Shown piece by piece: positions 13,621-25,558 of a stretch of DNA of 64,000 nt. Within the stretch, counting starts at the first letter, position 1; each line of letters starts with the position of its first letter. The stretch spans positions 2,036,765 to 2,100,764 of the forward strand of contig NW_003314282.1 in assembly GCF_000143415.4 (NCBI RefSeq). The letters run 5' to 3'. Made by a program: the position numbers and the translations under genes. The DNA comes from Selaginella moellendorffii (lineage: Eukaryota; Plantae; Lycopodiophyta). Below the pieces are notes generated by a model. The model did not search any database. It was given only the letters and a program-made list of their open reading frames with translations, and was not told where the DNA came from.

Positions 13621-14714
13621 ATGGATGTGGCACCTGAAGAGCTTCCTGGACTTTATTCTTGGGTTTGTAGTTGAAGCTGATCTGATAGATCAGCTCAGTG
13701 CTGAGAGTTTTCAGGTTGACGGGATTCCGTTGTCAAGGCCGAAGAGAAACATCGCTCGGGATTTCAGCGATGGAGGTACTGTTTGCTAACATTCCATGTT
13801 GGATTAAAACGATGTTTTCCGCCAGTATTAGCGGCAGAAGTTGTAGCACATTATTGCCCACGGCTTGTGGATATTCACAATTACAGTGCTGCCAACAGTC
13901 TTGCTCAGAAGATTTACAACTGGAACACTCTCAACAGTAAGCAACTTTCTGGTTATGCACATTTATTTTGTGTGTGCTGCAGACAAGGTTTTTAGACGTT
14001 TAAGCTTTTCCTTAACCAAGGAAGACGTCGAGGCAGTCGCAAATGCTGAAAACCAAATGATCGAAAGAATACTTAAGCTTTTGAAATATAAGGTAAATGT
14101 CTTCCGCTCCAAATTCGGTTTAGAAATTGTCATATTCTGCCAGATTGCCAAGTACAGGCCGATTAAAACAGAGTCAATGAAGCACGAGCCTAACGGTCAT
14201 GGTATGATGGAGAAATGATCAAATAAGTAATCACACAGAAACATTGCTTTGGGAGGCTCTAGTCAAAACTCAAATTAGATTTTGTAGGCAACTACCCCAT
14301 AAAAAGGCCCCCCCCTAGAATGTTTACACCGCCAAGCAGGTATGAGATTTTCGTCTTTCTTTTTATTGTTATACATGTTTTCTTGCAGGGGTCATGAAAG
14401 AGGACTTTCTGGTGTAAGTGTACAGTCTTTGTACTGGTTCGGTTCTTGATCTGGTTCAGTTGTACAGAGCCCGAAAAGGACAGATTCTCCAGAGAGACAG
14501 GAAAAGGATGGGATGAATGAATCCCAAAAGGATATTCAACTCCGAGAGCTCCGGGAGACAATCGAGGTAATTAAGATTGTACAGTAACAGAATGATGAAA
14601 TACTATAAGCAGTTGTTAGAAGCCAAAGTTATGAAGCTGGAGCAGCTTGTGAGCCTCAAAGACCACAAGATTCAAGTGCTGACAGGAAAGCCATCAAGAC
14701 CTACACGACCCTGA
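13621..14714 (+). CDS. SPEF1: SPEF1/CLAMP-like calponin-homology (CH_2) microtubule-binding protein
   Basis: Manual splicing from ATG 13621 (exon1 13621-13662, exon2 from 13715) gives MDVAPEELPGLYSW-VDGIPLSRPKRNIARDFSDG-VLAAEVVAHYCPRLVDIHNYSAANSLAQKIYNWNTLN-KVFRRLSF..., the SPEF1 signature. C-terminal coiled coil KDIQLRELRETIE-LLEAKVMKLEQLVSLKDHKIQ; stop TGA 14712-14714. Confidence 0.92.
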
Positions 14715-15599
14715 ACATCTTAGCAGTTTTGTAAGTTGCCATTGCCATATCTACACATAATTTTTGCTAGTTCGGTGTGCCTTGTTCCTCGCTGCATTGT
14801 AGTTGAGCTTGAATGACATCACGTATTGATGTGCCATATTGTTCCTTAATTCATGCACTCCCAAGGGTTTGTTCTCTCATGGCCTTCAAGTGGGGATTTG
14901 TTAATCTGGAGGGATCCACAAGTATGCCATCTTGCTGGACGCGGCGTTTGAAGGCACATGTCGAGGGATCTCCATGCAAGAGAAGCAATGAAAAGGAATT
15001 GCTTACCAGACAGATGACGGTACATTTTAAAAAAAAACTCTTGATTCCGACCACCCTTGCTGCCACGCTGCAGCCACGGCTTTTCGCTATATGAGTGACA
15101 TAAGACAGAACTCTGTTGATTGCTGGTATCAGAATCTGCCCAAAGTCCCTCCAGAAATTAGCAATAAAAATATGTTAAATAGAGGGAGCCAACAACAGTC
15201 TAGAACCTACACCTTAAAGAAAATGCTTTATCTAGGTTTCAAGAGAATCTTTGGCCATGTGGTCAACGTGGGTCAAAAGTCAACTCAAAAGCTTGGACTA
15301 TAAAATATAATTGTCTGGTGTAATATAGTATGGAAAGTTAATTCTCTATATCTTTCTTGTTTACTGGGGAGTCATAATATTAGTATTAAAGATGCTGGTT
15401 GTAATAGTAACTAAGATGAATGTTGAAATCCTAATGTCAATGGAAGTGTTGACAGTGGTGCCAATAGAGGTGCTGAGGTGCTGAGGTTCTCTTATAAAAC
15501 TTTGATATTTTAAGCAAGGGAAAATGGCACTTGGGGATTATATTAAAAAGCTTACATATTTGATTAACCATGTTCTAATGAAAAATCTGAATCAGAATA

Positions 15600-17380
15600 A
15601 GTCATACTTCATTAATAGCCTTCAAAGTGAGAGCATCAAAAAGTACTTGTGTCATTCCCAAAGTTTGGAGGAGCTCTTTGATGTGGTTTCAACTTTAAAA
15701 TGATACAATAATAGAAATAAATATCACAAGCTGAATTTAATATGAAAGGATCAAAGAGCAAAAGGTTTTTGTGAAAAATTATAGGCAAGGTTGTCATCAT
15801 TGCAGTGGGCTTGGACACTAAAAGTTTGATTGTCCACAGCTGAAAAACAAGCAGCAGGGCAAAAGGAATGGTCAATCTTCTAATGACAGTAAGTTTAATA
15901 CTAACAAGTTGTAAAATTTGTAACATAAAGATAACAAAGTGGAGTATTATAGTTGGAGGAAGCAGCTCCTGATCATTGTTCATCAACTCAACTAAGAAAA
16001 GGTTAAATACACTTGTGATCAGCTTAAATGTGGGAAGCATGTTTCATGGAGGTTTAATATGGATTCTACTGGACAATGGAGCAATATGACCTTGTGTGTG
16101 GTGGCTCCAGTAAGCGAATTGCAGTATAATGGATTGCCTGTAGCAAACAATAACAAAGGTTTGGTGACAATGGCTCCAGAAATTTAACAGGTCCAAATGA
16201 GAGGGAATCCGTGTCAGCATTCTTGAGTTCAGTTTATTGAAAGAAGGCAAAAGGGTTTATGAAAGAAAAGTTCCAGGTTTCAGTATTTAGATCTGTTCTT
16301 CTTTAAAAGCTATTCTTACCTCTTGTATTACACATAAATTTGTCTATTTGCCCCCTATCAATCTGGCAACCATCCTGGCAAACACATTGCTCATAATTTA
16401 TCTGGTGGCATATCAATCCAGTCACTCCCAATTTTACAGAGAATAGTATGTTCAAGGTTAACTACAAAAGTACACAAAGAAGAGTGACAGAGTACAGAAG
16501 ATCAGCAATTTAAAGCACAAGAAAGGAAACGGCTTGGATTTGGTTCTTGAAATTGCATAGTTTATAAGCACTTTCTGCTATGGAGCATTGTGGCACATAG
16601 TTTTCAAAGTTTTATAAAATTAATTTTAAATAGTTCAATTTTCATTATATAAATTTAAATTATATCCTTTAACAAATGCTATTTGAAATACAATATACTC
16701 AAAAAATATGAGTGCTTGATTGGGAAAAACAATAATAGCATCATGAGCCTAAGCATGCTCAACAAACTACATAAACTTGTTGACCATTTTACTCATGGTG
16801 ATAAAACCATGTCCATAACTCTGTTACATGATGAATATGCAATAAAGCATCCACTACCACATTTAATTTCCCTGGACAATTCTTGAAAGGAAACTCCTTA
16901 AACTCCATTAATTTGACCATCTAATGAGTTTGCCTAGTGTTCAACTCCTTATGTGTGAATAAATATATAAGAGGTTTGTGAACTGTCAACACCACAAACA
17001 CTACACTATAATAAAAATAGTGCCACCATGTCCACAAGGCATGAACAATTGAAAGTAGTTTTATTTCATATATGGAATATTGTTGCTCCGCAAGATTCAA
17101 AGTCAGATTTTTATATGCAATAAGCTGTCCTCTTGTAGCTCTTTTCATTAGAATGGCACATGCTTATGTAAATACCATATCAAAACAATAATCACCTTCA
17201 CAAAGTTGGGTAGTAATAAATAAGCATACCAAGGAAACTGCTTAACTCAGCCACTGAAGTTGGTGTAGGCCAGCTCACCACCACAGTCATCTTGCTTGAA
17301 TCTATCTTAACACTTAAATTTTGTGATATTCTTCTCTTCCCAAAACTTCTATCTTGGTAGGTTTTCAAGTAGAGGAGCAC
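15600..17380 (-). mobile_element. Degenerate Ty3/gypsy LTR-retrotransposon pol relic (RT/RNase H, probably integrase remnants)
   Basis: Minus-strand fragments VVSWPTPTSVAELSSFLGML, AEQQYSIYEIKLLSIVHALWTWWHY and VLTVHKPLIYL...ELNTRQ match gypsy RT/RNase H motifs. Many stops, AT-rich; boundaries approximate. Confidence 0.8.
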
Positions 17381-18569
17381 GAGGTCTCACCATTGCGAGT
17401 TTACTATCTTTTATTACTAAGGGCGACTTTAGTAATGGAAACTAGAATGTCTTAGATGCTGAATCTATAAGAATGGCCTAGAACAGCAAGAAATTTGGTA
17501 CATAAAGACAAGGAAAAGGATAGAAATGCCAGGAAGAGAAAAGGAAAGAAAATCAGTGGTTAGTTAGCTCTTTTCCATGAACTTAGAGGTTGAGATTCAG
17601 GAGAACATCTGAGTATATAACCGTCCTTTGAAGAAGTGAACTAACCTTTTGAGCACTGGGGAACACAAGCCTTCCTTGGGTGTACTTGTTCCAATGTGGA
17701 AAGTAAGCTAGAAAGATTTTTGGCTTCTTGTGTGAAGCTTAGAACCTATGAAACACAAGCTAACATTGATTCAAACAAGAGAAAACACTCCCGGCCATCG
17801 TCTAATCATTAAGCAGGCCTGTACATGCAAATACACATGTGATCAATACATAAGGAGAGTAAGATCAATCCGACGAGCTGGTTTCTCTGCCAGTTTTCCA
17901 TCCCTTAATTCAGCTGTTCTTTGTCAGGTCATGCAAACATTTACTTGCAAAAGGTGTTCGAAGAGGCTAGCTGTCTTTTGCCCTCCGTGGTTTGTTAAGA
18001 ACTCTCTGTTTGGAAGGACAAACCCTTAATCCACGTGGTATAAAATCCATGATGACATCTCTTCGCCGTTAACCTCAAAAAAGTAACTCACTTTAAAACA
18101 ATATACTCCACAGAAAAGTTTACTTTTGGCGCCCCTGATGTTATAGTACATCGTTGTAGCGGGTTCCTTTAGCCGCGGATATGCCCGTTTGGAGCTTTGA
18201 CCGATGACCTGGCAGGGTGGGACATGGGGCACGGCAAGCGGTTGTGACCAGGAATGGGGACCACGTAGACGAATGTTTAGGGTTCTTGGCGAAAGCGAGT
18301 CTTGGCAGGTCGGGCATGGATTTTAAGGAGGTTGGAGGGCGAAGGGTGGAGGGATGATTGAAGAGCAAGAAGTGTAAGGCTGGTTTTGGAGCTCATTTGA
18401 GTTTCTGTAAGCCCTTTTCTGTATCCATGGACCTCGCTTGGGCATACGTCCAACGTTAAACCGCTACATTGTTCGGCTGTTTACTAAACTATCTCTTTCT
18501 AATCCACTGTGCATTTACCCAATTTGAGCATGCATAAGAAAACTATTTTGGGTAATAAGATTTTATTCT

Positions 18570-20160
18570 TCAGCAAATATTTATGTTGTTTCTGTTTCTA
18601 TCGTGTAAGGGACCGCATGAATTTCTTTTGTCCTTGTCCTGCCATAAACACATATAGCTTCTGTGAATATAATGAAAAGTAGAGTGAACCTCAGTTGGAG
18701 ATAAACTTGCATATGCAAGCCTGTCACATGCTAGTCTTAGCTCAGACTTTGCCATTGTTTTTGTGGACCACTGTTTGCGGTTAAGATGCCTTCCTGAATT
18801 TGTCCTTGATTGTGGTGTCAGTAGTTCGATATTTGATGATCTAGGAGGAGGCCCTGGCACCATAATTCTCACTCTTTTATGGCCAGAAACGTTTAGTTCA
18901 ATGCTTTCTTCCTCCAGTTTTACATTAGCATCTTGAGCATGTAAAACTAATTAGCCATCCAATAGTCTAAGCGACTTACCAAAACGTGGTGTAGAAGTGT
19001 CACAATCGGGCCTTGTCACCTTACCAAGCAAAGTACGCAATTTCCGTTGCTTCTCTAGGTGCTCTGTACGTTCGAGCTCTCTCTCCAACTCTTTGACTTT
19101 CTGCAGGCACAAAATGAGGTAAACTCGACTCCACTCTTCCACCAGCTTACCTTTTTCATCAAGGCCCGCGACTGAGCAGCCTGGCCTCTCAAAAAGACCC
19201 GTCGTTTAAGCATATTAGTAGCATCGGATTGCATTGCTTTTTGAAATAGCAGAGACTGTGTCTGGGCAGATGCAGCCTTCCAAGCATTCAGTCTCTCTGG
19301 CTGAGGGTTTGGAAATGGCAAAGCGTGAAAAAATGTAAACTTGTATGTGCTTGGCTTGAAAGGGTTTGCCACACCTGCAGCTAAAAGGGTGTGAATGTTA
19401 TCACTATAAATAAATTAATGGCATACCAATGTTCATTTCGCCATGGTTTGGGTTTTTCGACCGTGAAGAATGCCTTGCGAACCTAACGATGCTTCTTTCT
19501 AAGCAGGCGGCAACTTCCTTAATCTTTTTTCTCTTATTTGCAATCCTCAGGATTTCTTGTAAATTTTCCATCCTATCATTCTCCTTTCCCAATATCAGGT
19601 GTTAGCAATAAGTTTGAATTCCTGTCAAGAAAAAAAAACCTTTTGCAGTGCTTTCATAAACCTGTGACGCGCAACAGCTCTGGCCTCTTCAGCGTACTTT
19701 TGCAGGAAATTAACATTTTTCATCTGTAAGGAGCAACTCGTGAGGGTGATAATAATGCGTATAAGTACTCACTTTGTCCAACATAAGTACAGCAGCTGCT
19801 CTATGGCCATCACCAACGTTATTCAGCGCACATATGCATCTGTTTTCGAGTTCTTTCAGACGATAGTTATGATTTTGCTCCCAATCTTCCTGCAAGGTGG
19901 AATCAAGGACAGATCGGTTGAAACTACGAGTACCTTCAGCTGGGTGAAGAATGCTTTTAAGTTCTCTTGCCTCCTCTGCAGATACCATTGTACTTCCTGT
20001 GATGAAAACTGGCGTTCCTGGTCCCGCACCTGAAGGACGCACAATCTTTGTCTACCAAAATCGCATCAAACGTAACCTGCATCATTCGGGCTTTCCTCAT
20101 CTTCTGCCGGCAGGATCGCAAATCAGATTCCTGCTGCTCTTTGGTCATGCGATATGCCAT
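18570..20160 (-). CDS. CEP295: Compact CEP295/Ana1 N-terminal (DDC8-like) domain protein, putative centriolar protein
   Basis: Exons 20160-20077, 20029-19934, 19889-19773, 19723-19640 and further give MAYRMTKEQQESDLRSCRQKMRKARMMQVRDQERQFSSQEVQWYLQRRQENLKAFFTQLKEDWEQNHNYRLKELENRCICALNNVGDGHRAA...RHRFMKALQK...NAWKAA...RRVFLRGQAA...KELERELERTEHLEKQRK. This parallels recalled human CEP295 N-terminal motifs (RRKLRLLQVREQER, RAEWEE, SMGEGHRQA, RHKEAL, DARLAA, AHVRGFQA). The 3' end (stop at 18570) is less certain. Confidence 0.72.
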
Positions 20161-20583
20161 GATGCCACTGTTCTTGAAATGGACTCTGACTACCCAAGAA
20201 TTGCTTCCAAGAATATTCTTTATCATAATCTTGCAAACAATAAAATAGTTTTTTAATCTGTGCTTCACTAGCAGCCTAGCAACAATTTATATTACAATCT
20301 TATGAGAAACCTGACACGATGGCGACAGACTGCTGCTAATACCAGAAGAAAACCGATTTAAGGCGTCTTTGAATTTTTGAATCGGCGTTTGGAACTCTTC
20401 CACAGCTTTGTTCTATTTTCTCTTTCACAAATATCTAGAAGTTCAGGGTTTGAGCTTTTCTGCAAAAAGCCCAGCATGTGGAGTTTACATATGCAATATA
20501 CATAAATGTCATGCACAAATAAACAATATCGCGACCAGTCCTTTTTTATTAACTGCCAAATAGGGTTTTGCAGTCAAGCGGCA
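20161..20583. promoter_or_regulatory. Putative bidirectional promoter between the CEP295-like and centrin-like genes
   Basis: 423 nt between divergent ATGs (20160 minus, 20584 plus); telo-box-like TAGGGTTT at 20561 just upstream of the + ATG. Confidence 0.5.
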
Positions 20584-22047
20584 ATGGAAGTGCTAGGTTC
20601 TAAGCAGGACAAATCTGCTGCCATGAGTTCCAAAGTCATGGTACGCACAGCCGCTGGCAGCAAGTAGAAATTCTAGTTATGTGTTTTAGGCATTGCTGCG
20701 AAAGCTGTCAATTGACACTTGGCTTAGAGCGCATGGAAAATCTGTACGCCCTGAGTTGACGAAAAAGCAAAAGCAGGAGCTGAAAGAATGTTTTGAGCTG
20801 ATTGATTTAGAAGGATCAGGTGGCAAGTCTTTTCCCATTTTAATGGCTGTTGAGGAACATTTGCAGGTGCCATTGACGGTTGTGAGCTCATGGCAGCATT
20901 TAATGTTTTAGGAATGCATGTGACTAGGTCCGAAATAGATAGGCTTTTGGACGAGGTGGACGAAGCCAAATGTGGTGAGGTTCGAACTTCTTTTGCTTTT
21001 TCCGGGTAGAACCTTGATAGTTTTTGTCCAGGTTGAGTATCCTGACTTTGTTCGTATTATGAAGTCCAAGCTCGAAACCCAATCTGAAGACTCTAATGAT
21101 GAAGATTGTAAAAACACAACTTTACTCCTTTCCTAGAGTATCAATGTTGTTCCTTCTAATTTAGCGAAGCTCAAAGGCCAACAGCTTCCATTCCAGCTTC
21201 TTGCACGCGCATATCGGCGCAAGAAGGTTTGAGTAAATTAATTAAATTACATTTTGCCTATTTTTAATTTTCAGCTTATCGAGGCAGTGATGATTGGCGA
21301 TAAAACTGCTCAAGAACGCTTGAGAGCAAAAGCTCTTGAAGCTGAAGCAGAACACCTGTCTGTGCTGGCTGCTATGGAAGCAGAAAGACAAAATCCGGTC
21401 TGTTTGGAATTTTCATCTATTAGAGATTTGCTTTTTAGTTGCCCCAGACTTTGGCTTATGACGAAAAGGACTTGCGGACAATGTCTGACATCAACTACCA
21501 GGTTGGTAGCATATATGAAGATGACTGTTCTCTTATCTTTGGCATACAGAAACTGAGGCAGGCTCAAGTTCGAGACAAGCACATCAGTACGCTTTGATCT
21601 TCGTTCAGGTAGCTAGTTACCTCTGCATCAGTTGCAGATCGCTCGTTTCCAAGCTACGTTGTGGATAGCCTTGACGAAGATGTAAAGAAAATACTCTATG
21701 GAGTTCAGGAAAACGAAATTCCAGCTGCCACTGACGAAGACAGCTTGTTTGCGGGTAATGATACATATTAGTCAAAAACTGAAATGCATAATGGTTCAGC
21801 TGTTTTCATACAACCCGGGCAAGAGATAAAGCCTATCAGTTTGAGCAAGCAGATAAAAGACTCTTACAAGACAGAGCTAGCAGATGTCAGTCAGCGCCAT
21901 TGCAAGGTTGGGCATTTGACTTTATTTTTCTAAAGGTAGAGTAAAGTAAAAACACAGGTTCGGCATAAGCCCGTGCTTGAGCAGCAGATGATTCACCTGA
22001 AGGCACTCAAGTCTTTGCAAGAAGCTCAACAAAGAAAAAGTTTGTAA
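20584..22047 (+). CDS. Divergent centrin-like EF-hand protein (N-lobe EF pair plus non-EF C-terminal extension)
   Basis: Spliced: MEVLGSKQDKSAAMSSKVM-ALLRKLSIDTWLRAHGKSVRPELTKKQKQELKECFELIDLEGSG-AIDGCELMAAFNVLGMHVTRSEIDRLLDEVDEAKCGE-VEYPDFVRIMKSK. This resembles the centrin N-lobe ([29 protein letters not shown]...). It continues LPFQLLARAYRRKKLIEAVM...; last exon VRHKPVLEQQMIHLKALKSLQEAQQRKSL* (TAA 22045-22047). Confidence 0.78.
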
Positions 22048-24290
22048 GAAGGGGGAACAACTATTATCCTCGACTATGTATCCTTTGCCACCAATTACTA
22101 TGTTGCTGGCATGGATCCCTGGGTAAAGTGGATTTGAAATTTAAAAGTGGACTTTAATTTCTCTCAGCGACTCGCACTTCATCCTCACCCCAACAGACTT
22201 CCCTCTACTGTGAACATTGGTGAGGCTGGGGCCGTCCATGCAGACACCGGTGGAATATGCTGCTGCGGAGAACGTCGCACCTCTTGGAAATGCCGTCATC
22301 CTATGGGAGTTTTTGACAAGTCATCCATGGTATCAAATCTACAAACTCCGTTCTTGACAAGGGAAATGGCACATTGGACTGCACTCGCAATCACCCAAGC
22401 GCTATTTCCATGACGGGGTGCACCGCTGCAAGAAGAGAGCCCGTTCCGTTTAGTTAACCGATTAGAGCGACCTCTCGCACAGGAAAGAAGCAGATGAAGG
22501 TAAGGGGGCTCTGTCTTCTAAGTGGAAAAAGCAAGGCTTTTACGTCTCGTTGGAGGGACCAAGTACCGGGGGCATGGCATTCTCGGTTCTTCATGGTCGG
22601 AAGAAGCCGGCTGCGACATGGGCTGAAGAATCTTCCGAGGAGGAGATCAACATTCTGTCACTGTCTTTGGAGGAACTTCATGGAGAGGTAAGCGTCTTGC
22701 ATCAGCAGGAGCTGAAAGACGCTCAAGGTGGTCAAGGGATCCAGGAGGATGGAATGGCCTATAGGCGACAAGAGGATCTTGAACGACAAATGGAAGAAAG
22801 GATGCAAAGGAGCTACTGTGGTGTAGCCGATCCAAGAACACCAGGCCGGCAAGCATCCGGGGTGCAGGACGTTCACAAGGAGTGGGTTTCCGGGATCTCG
22901 GACAACTAGAAACTTCCTTTTTTGGGAATGTTGGCATAGACTTTGATCCAGGCGTCTTCTATGCAACTTCTGAAAGTATGAGAGGCAGCTCAGAGCAATC
23001 GTGGACCATGGCTGTTGGACATAGAAGCGATCTCAACAGCTGGAACAGCCAATCATGTTGCTAAAGTCGAGAGAATTCCCAATGTACAATGCGGGACAAG
23101 AAGGGAAAGAAGGAATTGGCCAGAGCGGGTCAAGGAAGAAGAGGAGAGAGAAAGATGTAGGAAAATGAGAAACACAACCTACCTTCAGCCACTCCTTTAT
23201 ATCGTGTGCTCATACCAAGAAGTGGCTGTTTCCTTTACCAAGCTCTTCTCCTTTAGCTTCAGGTGCTGGATTCTTTGTTCAGCCGGTGTCTTCATGGCAT
23301 CACTCATGGGAGCATCATCCACCAAGCCAGTGGGGCAAACATTCAGTGATCCCGGTGTTTGGTCCTCTTGATATTTTCACTCCAAGAAAGCTGCTGCTAT
23401 GGGCGTTTCCGTTGGTTCACAGCCGAGCAGCGAGAATTGCCAAAGCAAAAGTTCTATTGATAAACCAGCTTTTAGCTCACTCTCACAGGTTTGATTTTCA
23501 CACGAGGCTCAACAAATGGCCCAATGCTGCTGAGCTCTTCAGATCAGTGGCACCCAACCTGGTCTACTTAGAAGGGAAAAAACTCTGTAGGGATGATCCT
23601 CAGAGTAGTCTCCTCCTATGCAAGTGTTTCTGTGACTAAGTACGACAAACACTGTGACCAAGTAACAAGCCTTTGAACATCATATTCTTGACCACATTGG
23701 AACAGAAAAACAAAAAGGAAAGGTTTAGCCACAGCTAGGCTCGCTCACTTTCATACCACCCAGTGAGACTGCACCATTTACAAAAATGATATCTGCGAGA
23801 ACTAGAAAACGATGCAAGTGTTCGCGAGAAAAGAAAAGTATATTTGTTGTAAAATGATTTATGCCAACCTGTAACAAGACCCTAAGCCAACTGGCTAAAG
23901 GGGTTCAGACCTGGTGCCTAAGATGCAGGGCTTTGAAACCAGTGGCAGAAAGATTCAAGGCTCAGGAAAACTTCACATATCCCAAGTTTTCCTTCAAGGA
24001 CAACTTGTGGTGGGGACATTGCATCCGCAACTGCTAACAGGTTTTCCAAGAATGCCATGAGGGAGCTTTGGTGACACATAGTAGAAAAATCTTTGTGCAC
24101 CACTAACTTTTTATTGAATTTTCTTTTTTCTCATAGATATTGAGAATGTGGGAAGCTCAAAATCAATACTGCCTCGAAGAGCTCTAGCATTTTCTTGTTT
24201 GGGCATTCCTTGCATTCCAGAGTGTTAAGCGCCAGCTTTGACTACGTGGTCAACATCAGTCAAAGGGAGGCTCAAGGGTATATTAAGGCA

Positions 24291-25558
24291 TGTTAGGGTA
24301 AGGGACTTAACTTACCCTAAGGCTCACAGTGGAGCGGAGGTGCAGTGGAGCTTTTGAGGTAGCTCGGGGGTGGTTGGGTGGTGAGGAACCTCAAGAGGTG
24401 GCGTAGCGTAGTCTAGGGCAACTTGATCTCTGTCTTTTTGCATTGGATCATAACATTGGTATTAGAGGGGATTGTTAGGCACCAAGTCAGGATAATAGGA
24501 TATGGAAAGGCCTTCCGGGCGAGGGGGAGAGAGGCAGCAGTGTGGTCCTCCAAGCTTCCAAGGGAGGCAAGCCTTGGGGGCGGCACGGCTGCTTGGCAAG
24601 GGCCAGCGTCATGCGGCGGGAAAGGGGAGGGGCCCCCACCTGCCGTGCGATGGAGGGAGGAAGGGGGGAGGACTCTCCCGGGCTTGAAGCGCACGGAGAA
24701 GGCGCAGGCTGAGCCTCAGCCTGCGTGCGCGTGAGGGAAGGGGGGAAGGCCCTGCCCGCCTGCCACGTGGCACAGAAAAGGGGGGAGGGGGAAAAAAAAG
24801 TGGCCCGGAATGTCTGGGGCACAAAACGCGCGATTTTTCGCGAAAAGTTGATAAGGTACCATGTGTTCCACAGGCTTTTTTTGGGGCCCAAAATGCGCGA
24901 TTTTTCACGAAAAGTTGGGGAGGTACCCCACATTTCACAGGGCACGTTTTGGGGCCCAAAAAGCATGATTTTTCGTGAAAAGTTGCAAGGGTACCACGTG
25001 TTCCATGGGCTTTAGTTGGCTTAGGGTGTAAGGGATAGGATCCTAACAATGGTATCGGAGCCCAGTTCGATTCTCGTGGCCGACGAGTGGGGCAGGAATA
25101 TTCTGAAGGAATATTCAACACGGTGGATCTAGAGGGAGAACCAAGGTTTGGTAGACCCTAAGAGAAGGACCATGGTGACCGGAGGGTGGCCTAAGTATAA
25201 TCACGGATGATCATTCCTTGACGAAGGGGAGGATTGTTAGGCACCAGGTCAGGATAATAGGATAAGGAAAGAGCCCTGCAATAAAGTGATCACCCCTTTA
25301 GCTAGTTGGCTTAGGGTGTAGGGTGTAAGGGATAGGATCCTAACACAAAGTACCAAGTGGTCTATGTCTATTAGATTGAATCATTCAAAGCCTCGCAAAC
25401 ACTACAAATATGGTTAGCATTTTGAAATGATCATTCCCTGACGAGAGGGAGGATTGTTAGGCACCAAGTCAGGATAATAGGATAAGGAAAGGGCCCTGCA
25501 ATAAAGTGATCACCCCTTTAGCCAGTTGGCTTAGGGTGTAAGGGATAGGATCCTAACA
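24291..25558 (+). mobile_element. Array of non-autonomous LTR elements (TRIM-like)
   Basis: TG..CA-bounded LTRs at 24291-24455, 24473-25048, 25235-25345 and 25455-25558. tRNA-Met PBS: TGGTATTAGAG after 24455 and TGGTATCGGAGCC at 25050. PPT GAAGGGGAGGAT before 25235 and GAGAGGGAGGAT before 25455. Internal domain ~186 nt, non-coding. Confidence 0.85.

Noticed and set aside
15124-15133. TGGTATCAGA PBS-like motif
   Set aside because: Not preceded by an LTR-ending CA and opposite in orientation to the nearby gypsy relic.
22147-23640. Coding-looking fragments, one weakly reminiscent of plant ARID4 (PNLVYLEG)
   Set aside because: Frames are discontinuous and the similarity is too weak to call without a search.
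24413-25121. GC-rich ORFs of 90-170 aa
   Set aside because: They lie within an LTR and arise from GC richness.
24291-25558. Possible Cassandra element (5S rRNA in LTR) or CRISPR-like array
   Set aside because: No 5S-like sequence seen in the LTRs; the repeats have LTR/PBS/PPT structure, not repeat-spacer structure.
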